Part shown: positions 1 to 12,812 of the stretch, in pieces
Numbering within the stretch: the first letter of the stretch is position 1
How the letters are laid out: every line of letters starts with the position of its first letter
Assembly (NCBI GenBank): GCA_030141605.1
Contig: JAQGDQ010000537.1
Coordinates: 85,017-149,016, forward strand
DNA length: 64,000 nucleotides
DNA from: Tubiluchus corallicola
Taxonomy: Eukaryota > Animalia > Priapulida
Reading direction: 5' to 3'
Program-made: the position numbers and the translations under genes
The notes under the pieces: generated by a model
What the model saw: only the letters and a program-made list of their open reading frames with translations
Told to the model about the DNA's origin: nothing
The model's database searches: none

Positions 1-15
1 TTCATTCTGGTCGTT

Positions 16-645
16 CTTAAGCTAGGACTTCATGTGCAAGTAATGCATGATCTGTGATCCGTAAACATAATCGGTGATCTGCGATGCATAATTACTGTCT
101 CCATGTGTCTGTAAATGCTAAACGTATTAACAAAGCCCACGGCGGTTTTTCTGCCATTTTTGGTCGTTATTCGTGAAAATTGCAAGCAATAATTTTTGGA
201 AGCCGTGCTCTGTCGAAATTTAACTGTGATAATTACAGCTGCAGCATTAGCTTATTATTGTACTATTAGACAAAAAAATTCAAAAGAAAGCACAGGTTTT
301 GTGTGCACAACATTTTGCAGGGAAGAGAACAATATGGCATCATCACCTAGTGAAAAAACAGCAGTTAGATGCACAACACATAACTACATGCTTCTTCCAC
401 CTCTCAAAAATAGACAAAATATTATTGTTTATAGGTCCTAAAGTGACCAAAACTCACCTAACTAAAATTTTCAGAAAGCTAAACAGCGAAAAAGGTCACC
501 GGACCCTTCAAAACTCGCTATAATCACTAGACAACGGCTGTTTCGGGTCATGCGTGTTGCTGCATGATGCGTATTCGGATGATAGTGATCACGTTTGAAT
601 GAATACAGATCATCACGCATTACGTACACATGGAATCGAACCTTT
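16..645. mobile_element. Non-autonomous TIR element (MITE), second copy at ~10849-11189
   Basis: Shares long blocks with 10849-11189 (cttaag..catgtgca.gtaatg..tgatctgtgatccgtaa; taaagtgaccaaaact.acctaacta.attttcagaaagctaaa; ...accttta). Ends are imperfect long inverted repeats. Superfamily not determined. Confidence 0.6.
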
Positions 646-1329
646 AGATGCAGGAACTGCCAATTTTAAATTGAGTTTTTCTTTTGAGCTTCTTACCTGC
701 GGAATTTTTTATCACGAGCAAATTTTTTATATGTTAGCTACAAAGACGTTGCTTAAACGCGAACTTGCCAATGATTACACGAAGTATGATGTCTGTTGTT
801 ACAGACACTTTCTAGCTTTTGGCCCTTTGCTCAAGCAATTACGGGCCTTGTTTCATGTGACTTATATAAAATGAACAATATCAGCAGTGGCAATAATGAT
901 GATGATCGCAATAGCAGCAGCAGCAGCAACAGTATAAATCCGTAATCCACAAAGAACTAGCGTGGATTATGTCATGAGTTCAGAATCGCTTGCGAGCACT
1001 ACCACTCAAGCGACTCGTGAGGATTACCACTAATATATTATCCCCCACACATTAAAAATTAGTTCGTGAAGCAGATTAGGATTAGAGCCGGCTTTAGGGC
1101 TAGGGTATATTCAAATTGTGTGAGGAATTATAAACTCCTTCTGTTTAAAAATGCAACAAGAGTGGGGCATTTAATGCCAGCTATCAGTAAGCGTCGCTAA
1201 ACCCTTTAATGGTATAATTTTGATATTACCCTCAGGACCTAATAGTATGGTATACCAGTAATTATTACAACCTACAGTAAGCCTTGTAACGCTTGCTTTC
1301 ACAACGCAGTGAAACATGAACACACGCAC

Positions 1330-1467
1330 CTGTACAGCATAATGATATTTCGCACACCCCGTCTTTTGTATCATTTTCTCCAGCGGATCTTCTTCCTCAT
1401 CATTATCAATTTTTGTTAGAATTTGTTGCGAACCCTTACGATCATGACCTTTCAAGGGAGCAGACAT
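1330..1467 (-). CDS. COA4: Cytochrome c oxidase assembly factor 4 homolog (COA4/CHCHD8), first coding exon; rest of gene lies left of the window
   Basis: ATG 1467 to phase-0 donor CAG|GTGCGT at 1330/1329, 46 codons: MSAPLKGHDRKGSQQILTKIDNDEEEDPLEKMIQKTGCAKYHYAVQ. DEEEDPL...I..TGCA..H.AVQ matches the COA4 stretch containing the first cysteine of the twin-CX9C domain. I did not find the ECM..H.DWR.C exon in 1-1329. Confidence 0.88.
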
Positions 1468-2029
1468 GTTGGTCGATTAACAAACTTTGTGAAAACCATC
1501 AATTTGTGGGCACTGCGTAAGCTTGGTTGCGTGAACCATTGTTACGCACTAATCAACGCTATGGACTCGGTTTTGCCTAATAGCTAGTAGCGGTAGGCTA
1601 TTATTACTATAACAGGCTACCGTTTTACTACCTACAACTAGCTGAGTTCATCAACAATAACAGCAACAGCAACAACAGCAGTAACAACAACAACATCAAC
1701 AACAGCATCAACAACAACTACAACAACAATAATATTAACTTACTGGTATGCTAGAATGTCGCTGGTCATTTGCCATGTGGAAATAAAGGATAAAATTATG
1801 ACACAGCATAATGCTGTTGCTGTGATGAGGTAATCTAGGAAATCTTAAATTGAAACTCAACTCCTAGAACTAGATCTGTATGAGAAGATAAATAAAATAC
1901 CTGCAGTTTAGGCCGGTAGCTTGAGTGGAACAGAATTGTTAAGTACTGTCATACTGTCACAATTAGTGGTTAAGAAAGTACAATTATAGAAACACCAGAA
2001 AAGTTTGACAAAGTCTGATGTGTGTTTAT

Positions 2030-2986
2030 GTCTTTACAATGCTATACAGAGAAGTCACCCTATCTAAACGAGTATGTCAGTAACAAGAAAAAGACTTTCC
2101 TTGAATGTGACCGATGAAGCCAAACTGAAAGGGTGATGGAAATAGTAATGAAGAGAATGCAAAAAGGCTTAGAAAATTGATAGATGAATTGAGTGCCAGA
2201 CCTAACCTAGGATAATCAGTGCTTGACATCTGGTGGACGAAAACTCAATATGATTGCTGCCCAGGCCAAGGATCAAATACCCAGTGGTCACAAGGCTAGA
2301 ATGCATCATGATTGTACCATTAATTGTCCATTATGTAGACTGTGTTGTAAGAAAGGAGAAATAATAGCATACATTCTGTGTAATTGTGAATATTTTGGCA
2401 AACACACAAAACCGAAAGCACCATTACAGAGTGGCTATATAATTTTTATGCTCATAAATATTTGAAGTTAAATGTTCACTGCGTATTGTGCTATGAACCA
2501 TTTGGTTAGTAAATATACAGACCACAACATACAAAATCTGTGAAAAACAAAAAGGGAAAATACTTTGGAACTATAACATTAAATATAACAATAATAAAGA
2601 AGTGCACCATAGAACTGTAATCGAAAAGAAGACAAACAAGTAGTATTGCTAATTGACATAGGAGTATCATGGGATGCAGACATTAGAACTAAATGATGCA
2701 GAAAAGTTTGAAAAACAAAATCCTTATCTGGCAGTTGAGTTGGAAAGAAAATGAGAAAGGCTAATTGTGGGTTGTGCCAGCAATAGCAGGGCACATAGCA
2801 CGTGTTATAGAAGCTCTAAAAATGAACTGGAAAGATTCGTATTTACAATGGGATGTAAAGCACGCTCAGGAAAATGCTGTTCTGGTATCGAAATACACAT
2901 CTAGAAATGATATTTGTAGAGCGTATAGTTTTGGGTAGGCTGCACTTTGCTAGTGATGTTAAATCACCCAAGCTGTTATGTTATAC

Positions 2987-3020
<34 letters not shown>
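2030..3020 (+). mobile_element. Decayed 3' part of an RLE-type non-LTR retrotransposon (R4/Dong-like) with (TAA)n tail
   Basis: Frameshifted remnants IAAQ...CPLCRLC...E.IAYIL..C (CCHC knuckle) and P.IEL..R..DKQVVLLIDIGVSWDADI (PD-D/ExK restriction-like endonuclease region), ending in (TAA)n at ~2988-3020. Left boundary approximate. Confidence 0.65.
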
Positions 3021-3022
<2 letters not shown>

Positions 3023-3111
3023 TATTATTATTATTATTATTGTATAACATAACAGCTTGGGTGATTTATTGTATTATTGTATTGTATTGCATTATTGTAT
3101 TTTACTAATAC

Positions 3112-3146
<35 letters not shown>

Positions 3147-4315
3147 TAATAATAATTATTATTATTATTGTTGTTGTTATTAGATTCTTCAAGACTATAA
3201 GCGTTCATCGCATTTTGCATGGGTTCATGAAAAACTACTCTCACTAAGCAGCAACTACGTTATATTTTGTTTTAGCAGGTTTCTACTCCTCATAGAATGG
3301 ATTTTCATGCAAAATTATGTATGAAATGCATTTGCTTACATTATACAAATTAAAAATCAATTTTTTATGAAAAAAATGAAAAAAGCTGCAAAGTAAATGC
3401 AGTGTTTGCACTGTAACAATGTACAATATCACTTGTGTGAAATCAGCTAATGCAGAAAAGTTCAACCCTCCAGACACAGCGCTATGATACATGTTGGCTT
3501 CAAGTATGTTCTATTTTTTTAGGAAAAATTCCTGTTAAAAAATTAAAAGATGAAGCAACTTTAATTTGTCCTTGACTGAGCAATTGGTTTTTTTTCTGGA
3601 AATCTGTACAGGAGACTATTCTCTTGAGCTGTAGCAAGCAGGCAATATTAATCAATAAAATGGTATGCACGATTATGCAAGTGTACAACAAGACTAAGTT
3701 ACTAAATGGACTAAGTTTGATTGCCTGAAAAAAACGTTTTTCTTAATTTTATCCAATTAAATCACTTACAAATATTTAAACAATTAGCATACTATGATGA
3801 CCGAGTTTCTCCTGAACAAAACAGTTTCTAATTTGAAATCAAGTAGTTATGTCTGTGCTCATACAGTGCCAGCAAAATCATAGGTCTTCTAAGACCTATT
3901 ATGAATGGTGTGGACTTGAAAGAGTTAAACTATTATAACACAATAAAAACACTGACACTTCATTGCATTGTACTGTGGTTACTTGCTTAGAGCTGGTTAG
4001 TAGCAAGCTGAAGACGACTGTGAGTGTTTCTTCAATAAACGAAAAATAATATGGGAAGATTCACCACAGTATATTATGGAGTTAAAGTATAATTATGGAA
4101 ACCTAAATAAGTTCACGTAGTATCATAGTTTTGAAGTATATAGATTACAGAAAATAATTTTTGTGACAGATCGCGGCTGTCGAAACTCAAGCCACATAAA
4201 AACAAAGTTATGAAAAGTTAACGACCATGAGTCTTGCCTAAAAATAAATTACGTTTGAAAAGGTTTTATCCGAATTTAAAGAACTTGTCAAGATTCGTCT
4301 TTTTCCTTATTCATA

Positions 4316-7300
4316 ATGGCAGCATGCAGAATTAGGAAACTAACTTGCTTGCTTCCAAATTTTTCCTATCTTTTTCCAGTTCTACGTGCAGTAAATTCAA
4401 AGCCTGTCTTGCTAAACACCACTCACGCTTCAAAGTTTTCAACAACGTTTTCTAAATTTGTGAAGGAAAGTAAGTATAAGCTTCATCGGTATATTACTTC
4501 TAATTTAAGCAGTTCTTGTCACTAGTCAAACGCCGAATACGCACTGTGCAGTTCTCTAGTTTAAGTTATACTTCCTATATTTTTATAACAATATTAGCTT
4601 TTAAAGCGTCGTTATCGTAATGCTATTATTATCATAATTATAGTTATGTATTGGTGTGCTGGAATTCTGCCTCTAACATGCGTCATCACTCAGTCTTTAA
4701 CATTGCTGTTGTCACCGCTTTATCGTTAGTTGAACCTGGTGCACGGTAAAAATGGTACAAATGAAAAAGTAGGAAAAATGGTACAGGAAAAAGTGGCACA
4801 GGCAAAATGACACTGGTGAAAATGGCACAAATGGAAAAAAACGGCACATAAAATTGTGTTGTTTTGATGTGCACAATTAATTTCTACAATAAAGCTAGAA
4901 TGCACTCGAGTATTAAGCAGATCTCTGGCTGAGGTAAAAATAACTAAAATAATTATCCCTCAAGGTAATTCCAACCTTAAACTCACATTTTATTAAGTGT
5001 GCCATTTTTACTTACTTTTCCATTTGTACCATTTTTCTTGAGCAATTTTTCCTGTGCCATTTTTCCCTACATTCGTTGAACCTAGTTCAGTTTGTCGTTG
5101 ATTTTTGCCGTTCTTATGGACTTTGGGAATACATCGTCAGCACCAGTCAAGAGTTACTAATACTTAATCTGAAGCGCATTTGTAATTGACTTGTCATGAC
5201 TGCCTTTGTAACATTGAACATCGCCCCAAAAAGTTATTCAGAAAGTTTTTTCCAGTTACGCAGGAAACAGTTCAAACAGGTAAGCATAATGCAAGCTAGT
5301 TTAACTTTGTTTGATAAAGAACTTGTAAGCACTTTACTGAACACTAATTCTAAATTAGCACTAATTCTAATTCTAATTTTTCACTTTTTAGTAAGAGAAA
5401 CGAAAGATGGTAATGTAACAGTGGTAAGTAAACATATTTTTGCACTTGCTGATGTATAAATAGTACAGTGGTGTTATGATACTGGTTCTATGGTGCTGTT
5501 TGTCTTGAACAGTTATGACTTCTTCACTGAAAAGTGGGAGAGGAGTATTTGAGTGATTATTTTGTTTTTTTTGCAATCTTGGATCTGGTTGGCAAATGGG
5601 TGGGTGACTAATAGGAAAACCATTTCTGCACAGTTTCATGTTCTCTCTCTGACTGTTTATTTATTAATATCGGAATGTGGTTAAAATGTCTCCGCTGGGC
5701 CTTCCGACCAGTGGCGGCTCGTGTATAGGTACTATGGAACTGCAGCACCCCCTATATTATCAATAATATTTAATATAATAAGTCTTTTTTCTTTAGTTAT
5801 TTCACTTTTACTTTTACGGAACCTGAGCAAGTGAGGATAGTACTGTTTGCTTCACAGCTCAGCACAGTGTGCTCCAGCAATGTGGTGTTTGACTGTTGTG
5901 CGCATGCAGCTATGCGCACATGTCTGAGTCCAGGTAGAGAAAGCACTGTCGCTCACACAGTTTGTTAGCACTTGTCACGTGCTTATTGTGAATGGATCAA
6001 GCTTGAATTGTGACACCTTAGGCTATTAGTAAGCAAAAAATATTTTTTGTTTAAGATTTTATCAAGTTTATGTATAAACTTTCGTATATTTCTTTGTTTG
6101 AAATTACAATTACAAATTACAACATTAAAATTAAATGTGTTTGTTTTGTTTTACACAGTATTAAAACAATGGCAAATTTTTGAAGAAGCACCCCCTAATT
6201 TTAAATTACAAGCTGCCACTGCTTCTGATTAACAGTTGCGTTTGGATAGATGACTTTTGTGCGTATTTCGGGGGTGGGGTTTATTTATTTGTCTAATTGG
6301 CTAGTTAGTTTGCATTTCGTATGTCTGATTCAAATGGAGTTTGTTTGAGAATTTTGTTTTTTTAGATTGAAGGAGTTCATGTGGAGTCACCTAGAGCTGG
6401 TAATGTGGTTGAGATTGATGATCCGCATGGATCTTGTCCACTCTGTAGGCTCGGATTACGGGTGCAATTCTCAGTAAGTAAACGAGGCATTTTCTTTGAG
6501 TTAACAATAGCTGAGTTAGCTAGTGGTGTTGAGCAGCTGCCACACAATGGTTACTCGCTTCAATTTTGCACAGAGTAAGACCAAATATGTTCTATTGTTT
6601 TTGCATGACATGAATTTATTTGAAGTGTGAGATTATTATTTAAATTACCATGTGACTGTGGTACCTGCATTTTATCTGTTTTCAATTTTCAATCTAATCG
6701 CTAAGATGTGTGCTGTTTCATTTGTGAGAGGTATTGGGTTCAAAATGACGGCCGGTCATTTTTTTAGTAATTCATCTCTAAATTTTTCTTGAGCAGCCAC
6801 AAATACATAAAATGAACGTTGGTGCCTAGATGATTTGAAGTGGCGGCTCGTGTATAGGTACTGCAGCACCCCCTATATTCACTCAATCGATAATATTCAA
6901 TGTAATAAGTCTTTTTTCTTTAGTTCTTTCTTTATACTTGTACGGAACCAGAGCATGTGAGGGTAGTACTGTTTGCTTCACAGCCCAGCACAGTGGGCTT
7001 TGGCTGATGTGCGCATGCGGCCATGCGCACATGTCTGAGACAAGATGCTGCACCCTAGGTAGAAAGAGTACTGTCGCTCACACAGTTTGTGTTGTCAGTT
7101 GTCACGTGCTTAAAAGCCGCATACTGGCATATTGTGGCAAACTGTGACAATTTACAATTTAGGCTATTCGTAAGCAAAACGTTTTTTGTTTAGGATTTTA
7201 TCAAATATAAATTTGCTTATGTTTGCTTGTTTAAAATTACAATTACAGATTACAACATTAAAATTGCATACGTTTGTTAAGTTTTTTTGCACAGTGTTAA

Positions 7301-9723
7301 AACAATGGCTAAAAATTTTCTAAAGCAGCACCTCCAGTAATTTTAGCTACGAGCTGCCACTGATTATTTGAAGATCAATAGAGTTTGTTCTTCATAGTAA
7401 ATTGTTCGAGATGCAACAGTTTATTGTGTGATGTTATTTTAAATAGATTTTATGTGCGACAGAAAACTGACAACTAATCTGTCACATACATTAGGTTTTT
7501 TTGCATGGCAATGTTTTTTTATTAAATTCAGGATGTACTAATTATAAAACAATTTCTGACCGAAGACGGTTTTCTACTACCAAGATCTGCGACAGGCCTG
7601 TGCACAATGCAGCAGAGGCGAATAAAAAGAGTTCTGGCCCAGGCACAGAAAGCAGGTAACTTAATGTTCTTGTAATCAGTGGCGTAGCTAGTAGGGGGGA
7701 ATAAGGGGAGAAATCACTCCCCCCCTGAGCACGTTTTACAAAATTATCGCTTTTCAATCCTTTAGTTCACTTGTGCAGTAAAAGTCGAATCCTTTTCGTT
7801 TGTTTTTTTAATCGCATTGCATTGGAAGAATTTTCTGGAGCCATTACTTTATTTGAACACCCTCCCTCCCGTGTTATTGAAATGAATGGCAATTTCAAGT
7901 GTCGAGAAACTGACCATCATCAATGTACTTAAATTCATTGCTTCTCATTGGCGTGTGTTCCATTTGTAATATTTTATACTAAATGTGTGTTCTTTTTATG
8001 CACAGATATAGAGAACTTCCAACATGCAAAATGACGGTAAAGGGCAAAAAAGCCCAACTTCATATTTATTCCTAATACATGCAAAGATAGAAAGTCATAG
8101 ATACAAAACACCACACCATTTATCTTAACCTGTCCACATTACACCACACTTTACTAATCTTACTAATAACTAGCACAGTTGTTGAACGATTCTTTAGTCG
8201 GCTGAAACAAATAAAGCCCTGCCTTCGTTCTACAATATGGGAAGATTATCTTTGCTCCCCCATTGAAAGATACTTGGCTACTGAGGTGGATTATAATAAA
8301 GTTATTTTACTTTGCTAGAATGAAGCCAAGATGAAAGAGACTGTTGTCATTCTCATAAAACATTTTTCACCATGCTTCATTTTTTTTTCATTTTACGTTC
8401 AAAATTAAAATAAGTAAATAAAACAACGTGTTTTGACATTTAAGAACATACTGTAAAATTTTTATTATGTTTTAATTTGAAATACAAAATAACAATTATG
8501 TACTTTCTTTAAAACAATATCTTCTTCTTGTTTTGATTTTAAGTTCAAAACAAGAATGTATAATCAGTGAGTTAGAAATTGTTTGGTGTTACGGCACCTT
8601 TCTCATGTGTGTGCTCCCCCAACTTTAGAACCTGGCTACACCCGTGCTTTTTAATATGCTTGTTATTGTGGTCATGCACTAGGAAAGCTGATTGCTGAAA
8701 TATTATTTCGCTTAGTTATTCTCCAGTAACTAATGGACTTCAAAGCTATGATCATTGCTCTCGCTACAGCTTCAGAATCGAGCATGAAGTTTTAACAAGT
8801 TTGGCATCCATTATTGAAAATATCGATAAAACAAAGATTGTAGATGGATACGTGAACGTACTATTCACAATTCTGGCTCTTATTTTTGCTAAATAACAGA
8901 TAATTTGCATCTCATTACGGGTTGCTTCTTCAGAAACAATATATACTACAAATTTTAAAAAAATTCACGCACAATAGAATCATAAAATCAGGCATAAATT
9001 TACAGAAACGTTAAGTTAACAACAAAAACTTGATACACATGCATATATTCTACCTTCAGTATTAACTTTAAAGGCTACTTCGACCCAATTTGCCCTGTAA
9101 AGTCTCAGTGACTATTTCTGGATTTCTTATGTCGTATAGAGCTGGCATAATTTGTATAGCGTGTGTGATTTGTTCATCCTCCTTTGCAAAAATGAACTTA
9201 TCCGTCTGCACAAAAAAAGGTTTGGCAATTAAAGTGCGGATCCGTGCGTGTACGTGGCTTTCCGTGCGGATGCGGTGGAAATGACAAACACGTAAAACAA
9301 TGATTTGCAAATGTGCGCTAGTGTTCCAATTTTTTTCCGTGTGAATCTCATCCATGTCTGTGCGGATGCAGTGCAAATGCGGCCTAAGACGCTCCCATTT
9401 AACAGCTTTTGTCTTTGATGTCTGTCAGGTGGAATTTTTACTAATTATCCACTTAGTCAATATTGAACGTGTTGTTTTTCTTCGTACCTCACTTGCAGTT
9501 TTCCTTCTGTTTAGGTCTTATGCGATGCTTGAGGCCATTTGGGATGCCGGAGGGTAAACGGCAGCAGAGGAACTGGAAGAAATTCAACACTTACTATCCA
9601 AATCCAGACTGGATGTCTCACAACCAAGAGGAGTGGAGACACGTGCAAAAAGCGGAGACGCGACGGATGGTCAAATGGCGCAATGAACTAAGAGACAGAC
9701 TTCTAGCTGGTAAAGTGAGCTGA
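4316..9723 (+). CDS. MRPS18A: Mitochondrial ribosomal protein S18A / mL66, 5 exons, 208 aa
   Basis: Exons 4316-4469, 5392-5423, 6366-6473, 7532-7655, 9515-9723, all GT-AG with consistent phases (627 nt). The protein has a basic, Ser-rich presequence, then IRETKDGNVTV-IEGVHVESP...GSCPLCRLGLRVQFS-DVLIIKQFLTEDGFLLPRSATGLCTMQQRRIKRVLAQAQKAGLM, the S18 domain in MRPS18A form (IEG..CPxC..DVL..QF...G..LPR..TGLC...A..AGL). Confidence 0.93.
4738..5074. mobile_element. MuDR/Foldback-like MITE in MRPS18A intron 1
   Basis: Exact 9-bp TSD GTTGAACCT (4729-4737 and 5075-5083). TIRs are built of ~15-bp subrepeats (aaaaatggcacagg / cctgtgccattttt). Confidence 0.8.
5709..6221 (+). mobile_element. hAT-type MITE family D, copy 1
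   Basis: TIR CAGTGGCGGCTCGT...ACAAGCTGCCACTG; 8-bp TSD cttccgac/cttctgat; homologous to 6838-7362 and 15839-16366. Confidence 0.85.
6838..7362 (+). mobile_element. hAT-type MITE family D, copy 2
   Basis: (A)AGTGGCGGCTCGT...ACGAGCTGCCACTG; 8-bp TSD atgatttg/attatttg. Confidence 0.85.
7677..8646 (+). mobile_element. Internally deleted hAT DNA transposon with transposase C-terminal remnant
   Basis: TIR CAGTGGCGTAGCTAG...CTGGCTACACCCGTG; TSD cttgtaat / ctttttaat (near match). ~8130-8335 encodes ITSTVVERFFSRLKQIKPCLRSTIWED...IERYLATEVDYNKVI...FARMKPR, the hAT dimerisation motif (ERxFSxLKxIKxxLRST). Confidence 0.82.
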
Positions 9724-9765
9724 GAACATTTGTGAGTGATGTATAGTTAATGGTGTGTTTACCAA

Positions 9766-10247
9766 TAGGGGTGAGCATCGAACGTTTCAGTTTGAACTGG
9801 CTTTTTAATTCGATTCCGTTCGAACCTAAAAGTAATAGATTCGAATAATGGACCATTGTGTTCTTTATCATTAAAACATTTGAAACAGCACAGTGTAGCT
9901 GTGATTTCTGGGCAACATTTTCAAACAAATTATTAGTGCTTTTACTCAGAGCTGTGGAGTCGGCACATTGAACTCCGGCTCCTAGAATTTTAGAAGCTCC
10001 AAATCCGACTCCTGTAGCAGTAAATTTACTACCGACTCCGATTCCGACTTCACGACTTCAACCACACAGCCCTGGTTTTACTGCAGGACAAGATCAAGCA
10101 ATATGCACCATCTTTTTATAAGCGACGTGAAAATTAATTCGAAAATCTTTAAGACTGAATTCGAATTCGATTCGGATCATTCGAGTTTGATAGTAAGAAA
10201 TTTAATTCAATTTGAATTCGTTTTCTGATAGAGAATACTCACCCCTA
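9766..10247 (+). mobile_element. hAT-type MITE (TAGGGGTGAG...CTCACCCCTA) carrying a nested 128-bp MITE (9947-10074), 42 nt after the MRPS18A stop
   Basis: Perfect 10-bp outer TIR. Inner element CAGAGCTGTG...CACAGCCCTG has TSD cttttact/gttttact. The sister copy at 16611-16974 shows the empty site. Confidence 0.8.
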
Positions 10248-10848
10248 TATGCCAGGACTTGCGCTGTGTACATAACGACTGTTTATAGTAATTGTTACCA
10301 TAGGATTTAATTGATTTAACGTGATTTAATGTGTGATGTTAGATCTCATTATTCACATGTTTGATTGACTGATTGATGTCGGTTGTTTCGATAGAATTGT
10401 AAGAATCAGCGTTTTGAGAATGAAAAAAATTCTGTATTGGAATGCTGCTTACTCGAAAATCACATTACTATTATGCAAGAGTTAAAAAACTGGTTAATAT
10501 AAGATGTGGCTTACAAATTAAATTGCTTTTTAAATGTGACTGATATCACTAAAACTAAAACTATGCAATTTCCTCTAAGCAAAGTGTTAATTGGCAATTA
10601 AAAAATTGTATTTGGTTTTTATATATTATAACATGTTCGCTAGTTTAGGGAAAATTTGTAGAATTCTGTGTCAGAAAATCCAGTGTGTGTAAAATAAATT
10701 ATGCAGTTTTTACACAAACCTAAGTCGAGGATTCTGTATGTTTTACCTTAAAGACTTGCATTTTTTGAAACTTTTAAGGAAAGTTAACATTTATTTTTTA
10801 TCTGCAGCTTATCAGTAACTAGTAACAGTCAGAGCAGCACTTTAAGTC

Positions 10849-11189
10849 TTAAGATACAACTCCATGTGCATGTAATGTGTGATCTGTGATCCGTAATGCG
10901 GGATACGTATTGACTGTTTTCAAACGCTGTGTGTATGAAGAAACTCATGGTACTCTTTCCATAGACTTTATAGGTGCTAAAGTGACCAAAACTTACCTAA
11001 CTAGATTTTCAGAAAGCTAAATAGCAAAAATGGTCACCGTAAACTTGAAAACTCGCTATAATCACCTAGGCAATGGCGGTTTCACATCTGTGTATTGCTG
11101 CGTGATGCGTATACGGACGATAGCGATCACGTTCGAATGAATACGGATCCACGCTTCACGCATTATCTACACATTGATTCGTACCTTTA
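10849..11189. mobile_element. MITE, shorter copy of the 16-645 family
   Basis: Sequence blocks shared with 16-645, with an internal deletion. Confidence 0.6.
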
Positions 11190-11551
11190 TTTGTTGTCTT
11201 GCAATTCTGTCTGAATGAATTATGCAACTGCAAAATTGAATTAAAAATTGTACATTAAGTAGTAATAATGCCCCGAATCAAGTTCTTTGTGGTTCCAGGA
11301 TCCGGGACATACAGATCCCGGATCCTGGCCTACAAACGAATACGAACAATATTTCATTTGTTTAGCTCGTGGTGGCATTGCCTACTTCATTTTCAGCATC
11401 ATAATTTCAAGTGAAGTCACTGCATTTCTGTAAAATAGTTGTGTTGTGATTTTGAACACTTGATCCATGCTTCAGTTCTTACATATATAGAATAATCTCT
11501 ATTTGTTGGGTTTAAAGTAAAAAATTCATCAAACTATGCTTTTACTGAAAG

Positions 11552-12250
11552 TCTTCTTCTTCTTCAAAGTCTCAATCCGTCTATTGTAGACATTTGACCC
11601 CATTCTATTTACAGCTAACAGCATAAGTACTCCTGCTCCTAAAGCTAGATTTGGTCGAAGTTTATTTATCTTAGCTATTCAATTTGTTTTTGGTTTGCCA
11701 GGTGGTTTTTGCAAGGTTTTAAGGCTTCCTTTAAGGCAATTCTTGGTACTTCACTTGGTAATCTTAGAAGATGTCCTAGCTATTTTAATCTTCAGATCTT
11801 TACTTTTGAACTCCAATAAATTTCTTTCGTTCGGGTGTATAAATCTTCATTTTTGATTACGTATAGTCATCGTATCTCTAAAACTTTTCTTAGAAGACTT
11901 CTATGAAATGAGTCAATCTGTTTTTCTTGAGTAATCGTTAAACCCCAAGTTTCACTGTTGTACATAAATATGCTGGCAACGTAAGCATTAAATAATCGAA
12001 GTCTTATGTTAAGACTTAATTTCTTGCTAGTTAATACATTCTTGTGCTGAAGAAAAGCATGCATTGCTTGTTGCTTTCTACTTTTAATATCATCTTTGGT
12101 ATTTAGAAAAACCCCGTACTTGCACTTTTGCCAAGACTGATTACCATAAGACTTGCAATAATATATTTTTCTGTTTTTGACTGGTTTACTTGAAGATTTC
12201 TTTTTTCTAGTTTTGGAAAATCCTTTTTTACTGTGTTAGTTAGAAAGGTA
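11552..12250 (-). mobile_element. RTE-like LINE 3' fragment (decayed)
   Basis: LNIRLRLFNAYVASIFMYNSETWGLTITQEKQIDSFHRSLLRKVLEIR (post-RT region, Y.SETW motif), followed by YLGHLLRLP...PARIAL...PPGKPKT remnants and a (GAA)n tail at ~11552-11565. Confidence 0.75.
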
Positions 12251-12812
12251 TATGGCTCTAAATTTTTAGCAGGCACTTTTGCGGCAATAGCTCTATCTTT
12301 GCATGCTACTTGCTGTAAGGAAACAGTGTGAAGATTGCTGGTATCGCTTTTTCTATAAGCATGGCGGCAAAAAACTTGGTGATACATTCACAAATTTGTA
12401 GATATTTTAACAGAAAGCCTTCAAATTCTTTAGAAAATTTAAAACTATTCAGGTAATTAAACTGTTATGTATATTTTTTCTCACCCGGACAAATTTTTTT
12501 CACAATTGGTGCACAATTGGTAGTTTTATACATAGAAATACAAGCAATGCAAAACCCGACACACATCCATGTTACTGGATCTAGGGATATTAAACGATTT
12601 ACAAATTTGGTATATGATACTTTTTCTAATGATACGATAACTATAAACTATTTTTAGAGGATACAATATGATACGATACAATAAATTATTTCAAATGATA
12701 AAAATGATACTGACAATTTATGCAACAACAAATAAAGTATCATTAATAATTAAAATTATTATGTGCTTCAGTGTATTCATTACTGTTTACTTCATTTGCT
12801 GCTAGTAATGAA

